A DNA stretch of 64,000 nucleotides, taken from contig NC_134034.1 in the NCBI RefSeq assembly GCF_964204645.1, positions 11,668,962 through 11,732,961 on the forward strand. The letters run 5' to 3'. The position numbers were made by a program, and so were the translations under genes. Below, in pieces: positions 46,801 to 60,046 of this stretch. Within the stretch, counting starts at the first letter, position 1. Each line of letters starts with the position of its first letter. A model generated the notes under the pieces. That model was not told the DNA's origin, searched no databases, and saw nothing but the letters and a program-made list of their open reading frames with translations. The DNA is from Tubulanus polymorphus (Eukaryota; Animalia; Nemertea).

Positions 46801-48971
46801 TGTTTTCTCTGTTATCGATGACTGGTGTTGGTCGCACAGCTGTTCTATGAGTATTGGATTCATTCAGGGATTCGTGATATCTCAGTATTCAATAGGGAGC
46901 TGTTTGTCTGCCACGCATCACTACAAAATCAAACTCGTAACTAAATCATCCTTCAGCGTAAGTTACAACATTTTTGCGGTATGTAGTTTAATTTCACTGA
47001 ACACTTGCTTAGACTATATCTTCCAGTTCCACACTTGTGTGGGTTTAATTTGACTCTGGACCCAGTTCCACAGTTGTGTGGGTTTAATTTGTCTCTGGAT
47101 CCAGTTCCACACTTGTGTGGGTTTAATTTGACTCTGGACCCAGTTCCACAGTTGTGTGGGTTTAATTTGTCTCTGGAACCAGTTCCACAGTTGTGTGGGT
47201 TTAATTTGTCTCTGGAACCAGTTCCACAGTTGTGTGGGTTTAATTTGACTCTGGACCCAGTTCCACAGTTGTGTGGGTTTAATTTGACTCTGGAACCAGT
47301 TCCACAGTTGTGTGGGTTTAATTTGTCTCTGGACCCAGTTCCCCAGTTGTGTGGGTTTAATTTGTCTCTGGAACCAGTTCCACAGTTGTGTGGGTTTAAT
47401 TTGTCTCTGGAACCAGTTCCACAGTTGTGTAGGTTTAATTTGTCTCTGGACCCAGTTCCACAGTTGTGTGGGTTTGATTTGACTCTTAATTTGATAATGG
47501 ATTTGTTTCCACTCTGGATCCGATTCCACAGTTTTGCAGGTTTCATTCTACATTCTGCGTGTATGACTCGAATCGAAAAAATTGGTATTTCTAAGTAATC
47601 TTTGTAATTTATATCGCTTTCAGGTAACAGTTCTACAGTTCCGCGTCCACTGAAACCACCTGTAACAAGTGATAAACCTTTCTCTACAGCCAATAATAGC
47701 GTGCCTAACAATAACAGGACTAATACGAGTAGTAGCGGTGGACAACCACCGCCGCCGCCACCTATGGGTGGTAGACCGAACTTTAATCGTATTAACAACA
47801 CAGGTGCTAATAATGTGAAAGACGTGAATCAGAACTCGAAACCCGAACTACCGAATAAAGTGATACCGGGAATGAACTCCAGTCGACCGGGGGCGCCACC
47901 ATCACCTACCGTAAACAACAGACCGGCTCCGACACGCGGTAAACCAGGACCACCTCCGGTACCTCCGCAGCAGCGTCGACCTCCAGCCCCTCCGGCGTGG
48001 AACAAACCCGATACATCTATACCGCCTCCCCCTCCTCCGAGCCGGCCTCCGACCGCTGCCATCACGCCGCCTCCACCCCCGATAGCTTCTATACCGCGCC
48101 AAACTAGCATGAAACGACCTACAAGTTCATCGGGCGGCCGACCTCTACCACCGCCGCCCCCGAATAGAAACGTACCGCCTCCACCCCTGCATAAAGCACC
48201 GCCTTCGAGTCATCGGCCGACAGCTGCCCCGCCCCCGAGACCGCCCTCGAGTCGGCCGCCGCCTCCTCCGCCGCATAGGGGCTCCAGTCAATCGACCGCG
48301 TTACCCCCTCCTCCCCCCTCACCGCGATTACCCCCTCCATCACCTACCACGCGAGCGGCGCCGAATGTACCCCCGCCGCCCCCGTCGAGGAACTCATGGG
48401 CTCCTGCGCCACCGCATCCTCACAACAACAACAACGCAATAAACGGTAATTCAGTTTTTATACTTTGAATTTTATGATGAAATTTTGTCGATCGTTTCGT
48501 GAATAATTTATTTTTCGTGTTTGTGCGTTTTGTAGATTTCGAATCACGGTTTTATTTCCATGACGTGAATGAATTTCCGGCTCCGGCCGATTATCGTAAT
48601 AATCCGAAACATTACCCGAGTAAAAGCAGCCGGAAATCGGGTAAGTATTTATAGAATCTGGGTTTTCCCTCTATTCTAACCGAGTTTCACTTTCCATTGA
48701 GCCAGTTCCACGACCCTGTTCCCGCTGACCCTGTTCCCGCTGACCCTGTTCCCGCTGACCCTGTTCCCGCTGACCCTGTTCCCGCTGACCCTGTTCCCGC
48801 TGACCCTGTTCCCGCTGACCCTGTTCCCGCTGACCCTGTTCCCGCTGACCCTGTTCCCGCTGACCCTGTTGCCACTAAATGACTAATTAGTGTTTCTATT
48901 TTTCAGGTACGAACCAGCAGCCGCGTCCTCCACCCGGAGTCAGAGCTCCTCCACCTCCTCCGATGAGGTGA
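39520..48971 (+). CDS. WIPF: WASP-interacting protein (WIP/verprolin family)
   Basis: Exons 39520-39700, 44642-44785, 47624-48445, 48536-48640, 48907-48971 (phase 1). Poly-Pro start; WH2 [26 protein letters not shown]; second motif [16 protein letters not shown]; Pro-rich middle; WASP-binding DFESRFYFH...P.P..Y....K.YPSK. Probable non-coding exon 1 ends at 38658; possible cassette exon at 40892-41074. Confidence 0.92.
41234..42033. mobile_element. Nested MITEs: family C (41475-42016) inserted into piggyBac-like family A
   Basis: Family A sequence is interrupted at gggtattgacTA / TAgtcagcactgaaagg. Confidence 0.88.
42521..42592 (-). mobile_element. tRNA-derived SINE head or tRNA pseudogene
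   Basis: Minus strand has A-box TGGTCTAGTGG and B-box GGTTCAAATCC and ends GGGCCA; anticodon and acceptor stems pair poorly. Confidence 0.6.
43726..44350. repeat. 91-92-bp tandem repeat (about 7 copies)
   Basis: Unit agagtctactgtatttcacaaactcttactcagtat...taccgcagtaagagac. Confidence 0.92.
45093..45445 (+). repeat. 39-bp minisatellite array (forward)
   Basis: Unit tcaaattaaacccacacaactgtggaactgggtccagag. Confidence 0.9.
47022..47535 (-). repeat. 39-bp minisatellite array, inverted relative to 45093-45445 (about 12 copies)
   Basis: Unit ccagttccacagttgtgtgggtttaatttgWctctgga. Confidence 0.92.
48712..48870. repeat. 15-bp perfect minisatellite (about 10 copies) in the last WIP intron
   Basis: Unit gaccctgttcccgct. 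Confidence 0.95.
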
Positions 48972-49429
48972 AGTCGTACTAATTACCAAAACGAATTATT
49001 TATAGGAAATTATTATGCAATAAAATTTCGAAAAAGCGTGTACCGCGCGCGCAGCACACGCCTGGCACACGCTCGGAGAAGGGGGCACACGCACCTGTTA
49101 GAAATTAAAAAGACACATTTATGAATTTTTAAAGATGATGATTGTAAGAGGCTCACGCCATTGTTAGAGAGCGTGTTGAACTATTATCGCACTTAGGGAA
49201 CGTTCTTAAAGTACATACGCAAAAAATAGAGCTACCGGTATTTTTGAAGGCGCTACTTGGTGGCGCTTCAAACGATATTGCTAATGACCTCAAACCTTAT
49301 GTATGCCAGTAGACGGATTACAAAAATTACGCACATGTCATGCGTGAATGTGGTCGCATGCAGAGCTGCCAACTGTTTACTGATTTTCAGAATTAATAAT
49401 ATTTTATGATAAGAAATACTGATTTGATT

Positions 49430-49695
49430 TATTTGAAATATGAAAGATGTTACCGAGGGTCTTACTGTTGATTACCGATTAATTTGAACAGAAATATGAA
49501 AGATGTTACCGAGGGTCTTACTGTTGATTACTGATTAATTTGAACAGAAATATGAAAGATGTTACCGAGGGTCTTACTGTTGATAACTGATTAATTTGAA
49601 AAGAAATATGAAAGATGTTCTTACTGTTGATTACCGATTAATTTGAAAAGAAATATGAAAGATGTTCTTACTGTTGATTACCGATTAATTTGAAT
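49430..49695. repeat. About 46-56-bp tandem repeat in the WIP 3' UTR
   Basis: Repeated gaaatatgaaagatgtt...cttactgttgattaccgattaatttgaa. Confidence 0.85.
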
Positions 49696-50302
49696 ATTTC
49701 TTTCATATTTCAATGAAATGTTACTGAAAAAATTAAATTCATTTCTGATGACACCACTTTTCAGATGTCGGCAGCCCTGCGCCATGACTTTTTTTGATGG
49801 CTACCTAGCTATGTACGCATATCGGGCGCTTTCGACGGCGAGGTCCTACCTACTGTTACTTGCATATGTACTTTACGGGCGGTTCCTTTCAAACGCGGTG
49901 ATTTTATCATCAAGAATTAATTTATTAAGAGTACATGTGAACCCGTACTGTATACAGATCTGGTTTTATAGATGCCGTTTTTAGACGCTTAGTAATGTGC
50001 TATCGAGGACTTCGGTCGCTGCAAATTTGTTAATACTTCGTTTCTGAAATCGATATCTAGAGATGATTTTAATGTATGCGGTTTGAATATTGAGCTCGTT
50101 TACTGCGCAACTGTTGCCCGGCTCAAAGAACTACGTAATTCGGTCAAAAACTGTAGAACCTGTTCCTGTTCTGTAAAACTGTGTCCTGTTCTGTGGAACT
50201 TGGTTTTGTTGTCTGTTTTTATTGTATGAATCTTCCATCAATAGAGTCTTTATTTCTTTGTAATATTATCAATATCCGAGTGTTTAACTGTTTGATTTAA
50301 GC

Positions 50303-50980
50303 CAAACAGTTGAACTGTTTGAGTGAGGCCGCTCTGTGAGGCTGCTCTCATTCAAAACAGTTGAACTGTTTGAGTGAGGCCGCTCTGTGAGGCTGCTCAC
50401 TCAAACAGTTGAACTGTTTGAGTGAGGCCGCTCTGTGAGGCTGCTCACTCAAATAGTTGAACTGTTTGAGTGAGGCCGCTCTGTGAGGCTGCTCACTCAA
50501 ACAGTTGAACTGTTTGAGTGAAGCTGCTCTGTGAGGCTGCTCACTCAAAACGGTTAAACCGTTTGAGTGAGGCCGCTCTGTGAGGCTGCTCACTCAAACA
50601 GTTCAACTGTTTGAGTGAAGCTGCTCTGTGAGGCTGCTCACTCAAACAGTTGAACTGTTTGAGTGAGGCCGCTCTGTGAGGCTGCTCACTCAAATAGTTG
50701 AACTGTTTGAGTGAGGCCGCTCTGTGAGGCTGCTCACTCAAACAGTTGAACTGTTTGAGTGAAGCTGCTCTGTGAGGCTGCTCACTCAAAACGGTTAAAC
50801 CGTTTGAGTGAGGCCGCTCTGTGAGGCTGCTCACTCAAACAGTTCAACTGTTTGAGTGAAGCTGCTCTGTGAGGCTGCTCACTCAAAACGGTTAAACCGT
50901 TTGAGTGAGGCCGCTCTGTGAGGCTGCTCACTCAAACAGTTCAACTGTTTGAGTGAAGCTGCTCTGTGAGGCTGCTCAGT
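50303..50980. repeat. About 45-bp minisatellite with higher-order structure
   Basis: Unit caaacagttgaactgtttgagtgaggccgctctgtgaggctgctcact, with an internal hairpin aaacagttgaactgttt. Confidence 0.92.
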
Positions 50981-51842
50981 GAGACTGCTCGCTCAATTCA
51001 ACTATACTGCACTGTACATTCTCATTATAGTAATCTAGTGAATCATGTTAGAAAAGTTGAATGATTTAGTTGTTTACTCGCGACTTCTCGAAGATATACA
51101 GTGCACAGGGGCCGTATTTAAAGTTTGGAGGTGAACTCAAGATCATCTAGTATCCCTGATACTATCAGGGATACTGGATGAGCTAAGATAAAGTTCAGCC
51201 CCAAACTTTAAATATGTGCTCCTGTGATACAAAACCACTAAATTGGTGATGAACCGGGGGTATTGAATTGTAATTATTTTGGTTGCTTTCGTTTCCGCAC
51301 TCGGTAATCTGAACACGTTCGGGGTTGGTTTATAAATCGCGCGTTGCGTCATCCGGAATAATGCGACGACAAGTTTTAAACATTTAAAAACGGCGCTTAC
51401 CTGCGTTATTTCAAATATTCAGGTTTTGTTAATTTTAATTAATATAGATACAATTATTATTATTATTATTATTATTATATTATTAATATTAGAGAGAAAA
51501 GCTATTGTAATATTGTATAGCAGTGGATTTGATTAGTTCGATTGTTAATTAATTAAAGTAGATGATTGTATCGTAGTGTATAAATGTAAAGATATAACGA
51601 ATGACTGATTTCTATTTGTTTAATTTGAAACGAATTATCGAAACGTAAAAATTGAAACGTATTATATTTAAACTGGAGAAGAATAAATTTTCATAAAGAC
51701 AACGCATAATTCAGTGATATTCTTATCATGTACCAACGTGAAGACATGTAGTACAATGGAACCTCGTTACAACGATAGCCTCAACTTATACGATGAAATT
51801 CCCGGACATCCTTGCGTTCCAGCATTCTCTTAACATCCAAAC

Positions 51843-52033
51843 TCATCCTCCCCCGGCAGGGATTCGAACCTGATGGCATCGAGATTATACAACGAGCAAT
51901 CTGATTGATGCCGCCAGTTTTCGTTCGGAAAGCTGCGCATGTACCTGCGCACCCGGTCTACTGATGCAGGGGTTCGTGCCGTGGCTGAGTGTAGCGATGC
52001 CATCAGGTTCGAGTCCCTGCAGAGGGAGGATGA
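51843..52033. mobile_element. Inverted-repeat element built from tRNA B-box-like arms
   Basis: tcatcctccc..gcagggattcgaacctgatggcatc versus gatgccatcaggttcgagtccctgc..gggaggatga. Confidence 0.6.
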
Positions 52034-52119
52034 TCAAAACTTGGAATATGCAACACTGTACTCGAAGTGCAGTGAAAATCCTCCAGAGGCGCTGAAATCC
52101 GAAATGGGCTTAACTGCAC

Positions 52120-54347
52120 TAAAGTCACTTCATTTAAAATGTAGTGAAAATTCTATCAAAATCTTAACAAAGGATCGTTTATGATTTTAGTTCAGCAAAA
52201 ACCCGGCAGAGGGCGTAAAACGTTGATATACCCTTTAGACCTTAGAGAAAGTTATAAAAACCTCCCGAATTGAAACTATACAGTGTTTGAAATATATCTG
52301 AGATTTCAAAACCAGTTCAAATTACTCGTAAATTAACTAATTAGGCAACGTAATTATTTGTCTAACGTATTTGAGGTATTTTAGAAACGACCGTTAATAG
52401 TCGCTGGATCACAGATTTCCACCCGAAATCCGTCAGCTACTGGTATCTGAGAATGTAGTACAGTCGTTTCTAAATAAGTTCAAATACGTTAAACAAATAA
52501 TTACGTTGCCTAATTAACTAATTTACGAGTAATTTGAACTGGTTTTAAAATCATAGATATATTTCAAACACTTTATAGTTTCATTTCGGGAGGTTTTTGT
52601 TACTTTTTCTGGGGCCTAAAGGGTATTTCGATGTTTTGCGCCCTCTGTTAGATTTTCGCTGAACTAAAATCACAATAGATCCTTTGTTGAGATTTTGATA
52701 GAATTTTCAATACATTTTACATGAAGTGAATTAAACACTGTTTTAAACACTATATAACGAATTCTTGCCCCGGGTTTAGATCCGGAATTACATCACCGCT
52801 GATCCAGAGCCTTGTAGTGATGGATAGATTGAGGTCCTAGGTTCGAACCCAACTGAAAACTGATTCAGAGCCACTAAGAGGCTGTTTCCGTGATCTGGAT
52901 GCTGAATAGATGATGTACAGGGGTGTCCCGGGTTCGAATCAAGTAATTACAGAAAGCGAATGTGAGTGATCCCGATGCTGAATGGACGATGTACAGGGGT
53001 GTCCCGGGTTCGAATCAAGTAATTACAGAAAGCGAATGTGAGTGATCCCGATGCTGAATGGACGATGTACAGGGGTGTCCCTGGTTCGAACCGGTAATCA
53101 CTGATACTGATTCAGAGTGACACGGATGCTGAATAGAGGATGTACAGGGGTGCCCCGGGTTCGAACCCAGTAATCACTGACACTGTTGCTGAATAGAGGA
53201 TGTACAGGGGTGTCCCGGGTTCGAACCTGGTAATCACTGATACTGATTCAGAGAAACACTGATGCTGACTAGAGGATGTGTTTAATTCACTTAAAATGTA
53301 TCGGAAATTCTACCAAAATCTTTACAAAGGATCGTTTGTGATTTTAGTTCAGCAAAAATCCAACAGAGGGCGCAAAACACCGAAATACCCTTCAGACCCC
53401 AGAGAAAGTTACAAAAACCTCCCGAAATGAAACATTATAGTGTTTGAAATATATCTATGATTGCGAAACCAGTTCAAATTACTCGTAAATTAGTTAATTA
53501 GGCAACGTAATTATTTGTCTAACGTATTTGAGCTTATTTAGAAACGACTGAAATTTTCATTGCAAGTAGTTCCCTGAAATTCCGTGTGATGGCACCACTT
53601 TCTTTGACGATCGTTTTTCCTTCCCCGAAAAATTCAGTCGTTTCTAAATAAGTTCAAATACGTTAGACGAATAATTACGTTGCCTAATTAATTAATTTAC
53701 GAGTAATTTGAACTTATTTTAAATTCATAGATATATTTCAAACACTGTACAGAAACATTTCGGGAGGTTTTTGTAACATTTTCTGAGGCCTAAAGGGTAT
53801 TTCGATGTTTTACGCCCCCTGCCGGGTTCTTGCTGAAACTAAAATCACAATAGATCCTTTGTAAAGATTTTGATAGAATTTTCAATACATTTTACACGAA
53901 GTGAATTAAGCACTGTTTTAAACACTATATAACGAATTCTTGCCTCGGGTTTAGATCCGGGATTACATCACCACTCATCCAGACCCTTGTAGTGATGGAT
54001 AGATTGAGGTCCTAGGTTCGAAATCAAACTCAGTAAACTGATTCCGAGCCACATAGAGGCTGTGATCTGGATGCTGAATAGAGGATCTACAGGGGTGTCC
54101 CGGGTTTGAACCCAGTAATCACTGACACTGATGCTGAATAGAGGATGTACAGGGGTGTCGCACGTTCGAAACAAAATCTTTACAAAGGGTCTTTTTTTGT
54201 GATGTCAGTTCAGCAAAATATTACTGAAATGAAACTTTAGTGTTTGAATTATATCTATGATTTCAAAACCAGTTCAAATTACTCGTAAATTAGTTAATTA
54301 GGAAACGTAATTATTTTCTAACGTATTTGAACTTATTTAGAAACGAC
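52120..54347. mobile_element. Cluster of long-TIR MITE family E copies (52461-53550, 53635-54347, partial copy ending near 52390)
   Basis: TIR CAGTCGTTTCTAAATAAGTTCAAATACGTTA...; internal gggttcgaacc / gatgctgaatagaggatgtacagggg repeats also occur at 4260-4560 and 59150-59460. Confidence 0.8.
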
Positions 54348-57300
54348 CCGATAACCGCGTCTAATGCCCAGAAACCTTAGTTCAACGTATCGTCGATAGA
54401 TGGCGCTTGTGAAATATGGTTCATTGTGCGAAAATCTGCGCTAATGTCAATCAGGAAATTTCGGTAGTTCAGTGAAATTCCAATAGATGGCGATCATGTC
54501 GTAATACGTAGACAATGTACCAGTGTATTCTACTAAGCAGTTTCCTCATTTGCTTTCCTTTTCAGCTTCTCTGAACTTATTCATTGCAACCAGTATCACA
54601 GAGGCTCGTATCAGAGTTTTGGGTACTGTAAAAACGATAATCTTCATCAGTAATCCAGTATCCAGTTGACGAGCATCCAGTTGAAAAAACCCAAACACTG
54701 AATTTTTTAAGATGACAGATGATTTATTTACTAATTTATCACTTCAGTTTCAACTAAAACACGGGAAAAACTAGAAAATGAAGAAACCAAGATTGCACAA
54801 TAAACTCTATCTTTATAATTAAACCAATGACAGCTAGAAAGAAAGACCACGAATTTTATGGGAACTAAATAAATAAGTTCAAATACGTTAGACAAATAAT
54901 AACGTTGCCTAATTAACTAATTTACGAGTAATTTCTGATTCTGAGTGGTCCTGATGCCGAGTAGAGGATAAATAGAGGTGGCCTAGGTTCAAACTCAGGT
55001 ATTTCTGACTGATTTTGTATGATCCTCGTGATGGATGAGAAATGAATCGGAGTGACCTAGTAACTTAAAGCTAAATAGATGATAAATTACAGATTTTAAG
55101 TCGTACCCCAGGTTCAAAACCGGTAAGGAATACATAAAAGGTTTTTATCAAGCAAATGAATTATCGAGAGTAACAATATAATGCTTTTAAGAGAAAAAAA
55201 AATAAAAGCAGACATCAGATCGCAGATTCGAACCCGGGTCTACTATTCGTGAGGCCACCATTCAACCAATGAGCCATGGCACTTCGCGACCAAAACCAAG
55301 CGCATAGTCAATGTCGTTTCTAGGTTTCTGGGTATAGTCAAACTGCTCAGAAATATCGATCATTCAAGCTATTGTATTTTAGATTTCAGAGATTTGTTTC
55401 GAACCTGGGACCTCAATCTATCCATTACTTCAGGGCTCTGGTTGAGTGGTGATGTAATTCCGGATCTAAACCCGGGGCAAAAATGCGTTATATAGTGTTT
55501 AAAACAGTGTTTAATTCACTTCATATAAAATGTATTGAAAATTGTATCAAAATCCTAACAAAGGATCTATTGTGATTTTAGTTCAGCAAAAATCCAATAG
55601 AGGGCGCAAAACATCGAAATACCCTTAAGGCCCCAGAAAATGTTACAAAAACCTCCCGAAATGTTTCTTTACAGTGTTTGAAATATATCTATGAATTTAA
55701 AATAAGTTCAAATTACTCGTAAATTAGTTAATTAGGCAACGTAATTATTTGTCTAACGTATTTGAACTTATTTAGAAACGACTCAATAACCGCGTCTAAT
55801 GCCTAGAAACCTTAGTTCAACATATCGTCGATAGATGGCGCTTGTGAAATATGGTTCATTGTGCGAAAATCTGCGCTAATGTCAATCAGGAAATTTCGGT
55901 AGTTCAGTGAAATTCCAATAGATGGCGATCATGTCGTAATACGAAGGCAATGTACCAGTGTATTCCACTAAGCAGTTTCCTCATTTGCTTTCCTTTTCAG
56001 CTTCTCTCAACTTATTCATTGTAACCAGTATCACAGAGGCTCGTATCAGAGTTTTGGGTACTGTAAAAACGATAATCTGCATCAGTAATCCAGTATCCAG
56101 TCGACGAGCATCCAGTTGAAAAAAAACCAAACACTGAATTTTTTAAGATTACAGATGATTTATTTACTAATTTATCACTTCAGTTTCAACTAAAACACGG
56201 GAAAAACTAGAAAATGAAGAAACCAAGATTGCACAATAAACTCTATCTTTATAATTAAACCAATGACAGCAAGAAAGAAAGACCACGAATTTTATGGGAA
56301 CTAAATAAATAAGTTCAAATACGTTAGACAAATAATTACGTTGCCTAATCAACTAATTCACGAGTAATTTCTGATTCTGAGTGGTCCTGATGCCGAGTAG
56401 AGGATAAATAGAGGTGGCCTAGGTTCAAACTCAGGTATTTCTGAACCTGATTTTGTATGATCCTCGTGATGGATGAGAAATGAACCGGAGTGACCTAGTA
56501 ACTTAAAGCTGAATAGATGATAAATTACATATTTTAAGCCGTACCCCAGGTTCGAAACCAGTAAGGAGTACCTCAAAGGTTTTTATCAAGCAAATGAATT
56601 ATCGAGAGTAACAAAATAACGTTTTTAAGAGAAAAAAAATAAAAGCAGACATCAGATCGCAGATTCGAACTCGGGTCTACTATTCGTGAGGCCACCATTC
56701 AAACAATGAGCCATGGCACTTCGCGACCAAACGAAGCGCATAGTCAATGTCGTTTCTAGGTTTCAGGGTATAGTCAAACTGCTCAGAAATATCGGTCATT
56801 CAAGCTATTGTATTTTAGTTGTCAGAGATTTGTTTCGAACCTGGGACCTCAATCTATCCATTACTAAAGGGCTCTGGTTGAGTGGTGGTGTAATTCCGGA
56901 TCTAAACCCGGGGCAAAAATGCGTTATATAGTGTTTAAAACAGTGTTTAATTCACTTCGTGTAAAATGTATTGAAAATTCTATCAAAATCTTAACAAAGG
57001 ATCTATTGTGATTTTAGTTCAGCAAAAATCCAATAGAGGGCGCAAAACATCGAAATACCCTTTAGGGCCCAGAAAATGTTACAAAAATCCCCGAAATGTT
57101 TCTTTACAGTGTTTGAAATATATCTATGAATTTAAAATAAGTTCAAATTACTCGTAAATTAGTTAATTAGGCAACGTAATTATTTGTGTAACGTATTTGA
57201 ACTTATTTAGAAACGACTCGATAACCGCGTCTAATGCCTAGAAACCTTAGTTTAACGTATCGTCGATAGATGGCGCTTGTGAAATATGGTTCATTGTGCG

Positions 57301-58997
57301 AAAATCTGCGCTAATGTCAATCAGGAAATTTCGATAGTTCAGTGAAATTCCAATAGATGGCGATCATGTCGTAATACGTAGGCAATGTACCAGTGTATTC
57401 CACAATAAGCAGTTTCCTCATTTGCTTTCCTTTTCAGCTTCTCTCAACTTATTCATTGTAACCAGTATCACAGAGGCTCGTATCAGAGTTTTGGGTACTG
57501 TAAAAACGATAATCTTCATCAGTAATCCAGTATCCAGTCGACGAGCATCCAGTTGAAAAAAACCGAACACTGAATTTCTTAAGATTACAGATGATTTATT
57601 TACTAATTTATCACTTCAGTTTCAACTAAAACACGGGAAAAACTAGAAAATGAAGAAACCAAGATTGCACAATAAACTCTATCTTTATAATTAAACCAAT
57701 GACAGCAAGAAAGAAAGACCACGAATTTTATGGGAACTAAATAAATAAGTTCAAATACGTTAGACAAATAATTACGTTGCCTAATCAACTAATTCACGAG
57801 TAATTTCTGATTCTGAGTGGTCCTGATGCCGAGTAGAGGATAAATAGAGGTGGCCTAGGTTCAAACTCAGGTATTTCTGACTGATTTTGTATGATCCTCG
57901 TGATGGATGAGAAATGAACCGGAGTGACCTAGGTAACTTAAAGCTGAATAGATGATAAATTACAGATTTTAAGCCGTACCCCAGGTTCGAAACCAGTAAG
58001 GAGTACCTCAAAGGTTTTTATCAAGCAAATGAATTATCGAGAGTAACAAAATAACGTTTTGAAGAGAAAAAAAAATAAAAGCAGACATCAGATCGCAGAT
58101 TCGAACCCGGGTCTACTATTCGTGAGGCCACCATTCAAACAATGAGCCATGGCACTCCGCGACCAAACCAAGCGCATAGTCAATTTGGTTTCTAGGTTTC
58201 AGGGTATAGTCAAACTGCTCAGAAATATCGGTCATTCAAGCTATTGCATTTTAGTTTTCAGAGATTTGTTTCGAACCTGGGACCTCAATCTATCCATTAC
58301 TTCAGGGCTCCGGTTGAGTGGTGATGTAATTCCGGATCTAAACCCGGGGCAAAAATGCGTTATATAGTGTTTTAAACAGTGTTTAATTCACTTCGTGTAA
58401 AATGTATTGAAAATTCTATCAAAATCTTAACAAAGGATCTATTGTGATTTTAATTCAGCAAAAATCCAATAGAGGGTGCAAAACATCGAAATACTCTTTA
58501 GGGCCCAGAAAATGTTACAACAATCCCCGAAATGTTTCTTTACAGTGTTTGAAATATATCTATGAATTTAAAATAAGTTCAAATTACTCGTAAATTAGTT
58601 AATTAGGCAACGTAATTATTTGTGTAACGTATTTGAACTTATTTAGAAACGACTCGATAACCGCGTCTAATGCCTAGAAACCTTAGTTCAACATATCGTC
58701 GATAGATGGCGCTGTGAAATATGGTTCATTGTGAGAAAATCTGCGCTAATGTCGATCAGGAAATTTCGATAGTTCAGTGAAATTCCAATAGATGGCGATC
58801 ATGTCGTTATACGTAGGCAATGTACCAGTGTATTCCACTAAGCAGTTTCCTCATTTGCTTTCCTTTTCAGCTTCTCTCAACTTATTCATTGTAACCAGTA
58901 TCACAGAGGCTCGTATCAGAGTTTTGGGTACTGTAAAAACGACAATCTTCATCAGTAATCCGGTATCCAGTTGACGAGCATTCAGTTAAAAAAAACC
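54240..58997. repeat. About 1436-bp tandem macro-repeat, about 3.3 copies
   Basis: Identical ORFs at 56167 and 57603 (offset 1436), with the same landmark at 54731. The unit is a mosaic of MITE arms and a tRNA-like segment. Confidence 0.93.
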
Positions 58998-60046
58998 AAA
59001 TAAGTTAATTAGGCGTCGTGATTATTCGTCTAACGTATTTAAACTTATGGAGAAACGACTGAATTGTTCTTCGTTAACAGTTCCCCGATATTCCGGGTGA
59101 GGGCGCAAACTCCTTTAATTTGATATAAGGATTTTTTTAATCATCTGCCTATCCTCTATTCAGCATCGGTATCAGTATCAACCTTAATCGGTATCAGTAA
59201 TTATCAGGTTCGAATCCAGACACTCCTGTTCATCCTCTATTCAGCATCGGTATCACTAAAGCCCTACTATAAGACCGGGCTCGAACCCGGGATGCCCCTG
59301 TTTCATCCTCTATTCGGCATCAGGACCACTCCGAATCAGTACCAGTGATTACCGAGATTGAACCCGGGACACCCCCTGTACATCCTCTATTCAGCATCCA
59401 GATCACTCTTAATCAGTGCCAGTGATTAACGGGTTCGAACCCGGGACATCCCAGTACATCTACTATCCGGCAACAACCCTAATCACTACTAGGAGACCGG
59501 GTAGGAGACCACTCAAAAAAGGAACTAACGACAAATATGTATCAATTATTGCATAAAGGTTTATTATGCCGTCACGTGACAGAATGAAACAAATAACATA
59601 AAGAGATTTAGCCCCAGAAACCAATATTTTCTCATCAAAATATCCGCCTTTCTTCTGCGACACTTCTAACAAGATATAATGTATATACTTCGCCCCCGAA
59701 CGTTTTCTTTACTTTAAACACACAACTAATTAACACATGTAACTAATTAACAATTAATCTTATAACAGCAGTTTTGCATATATCACAGTTAAACGTTATA
59801 TCTATCATTTCAAAAATATATACATTAAATCTTTCCTTTTCGACGCACTTTTGATTCAGACTATGTTTTATGTAGTAACTATTTTCTCCTAGTTTTATCG
59901 TTTTTATTGTCAATTTTTTTTTTAAAGTTTTTTTTTCTATTTTGCATAAGATAGAAGAGCGTGTCACGTGACAAAAATGTAGAATTCTCTTAGTCCGTTA
60001 TTTCGTTTTGCATTATTGTCGGTAGGTGTCTCTGATATGCCATAAT

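Noticed and set aside
46953-47801. Long ORFs of 282, 197 and 171 aa
   Set aside because: Products of the 39-bp repeat (a multiple of 3) and the antisense of a WIP exon.
56167-58367. Duplicated 61-76-aa ORFs
   Set aside because: Chance ORFs repeated by the 1436-bp array; no recognisable motifs.
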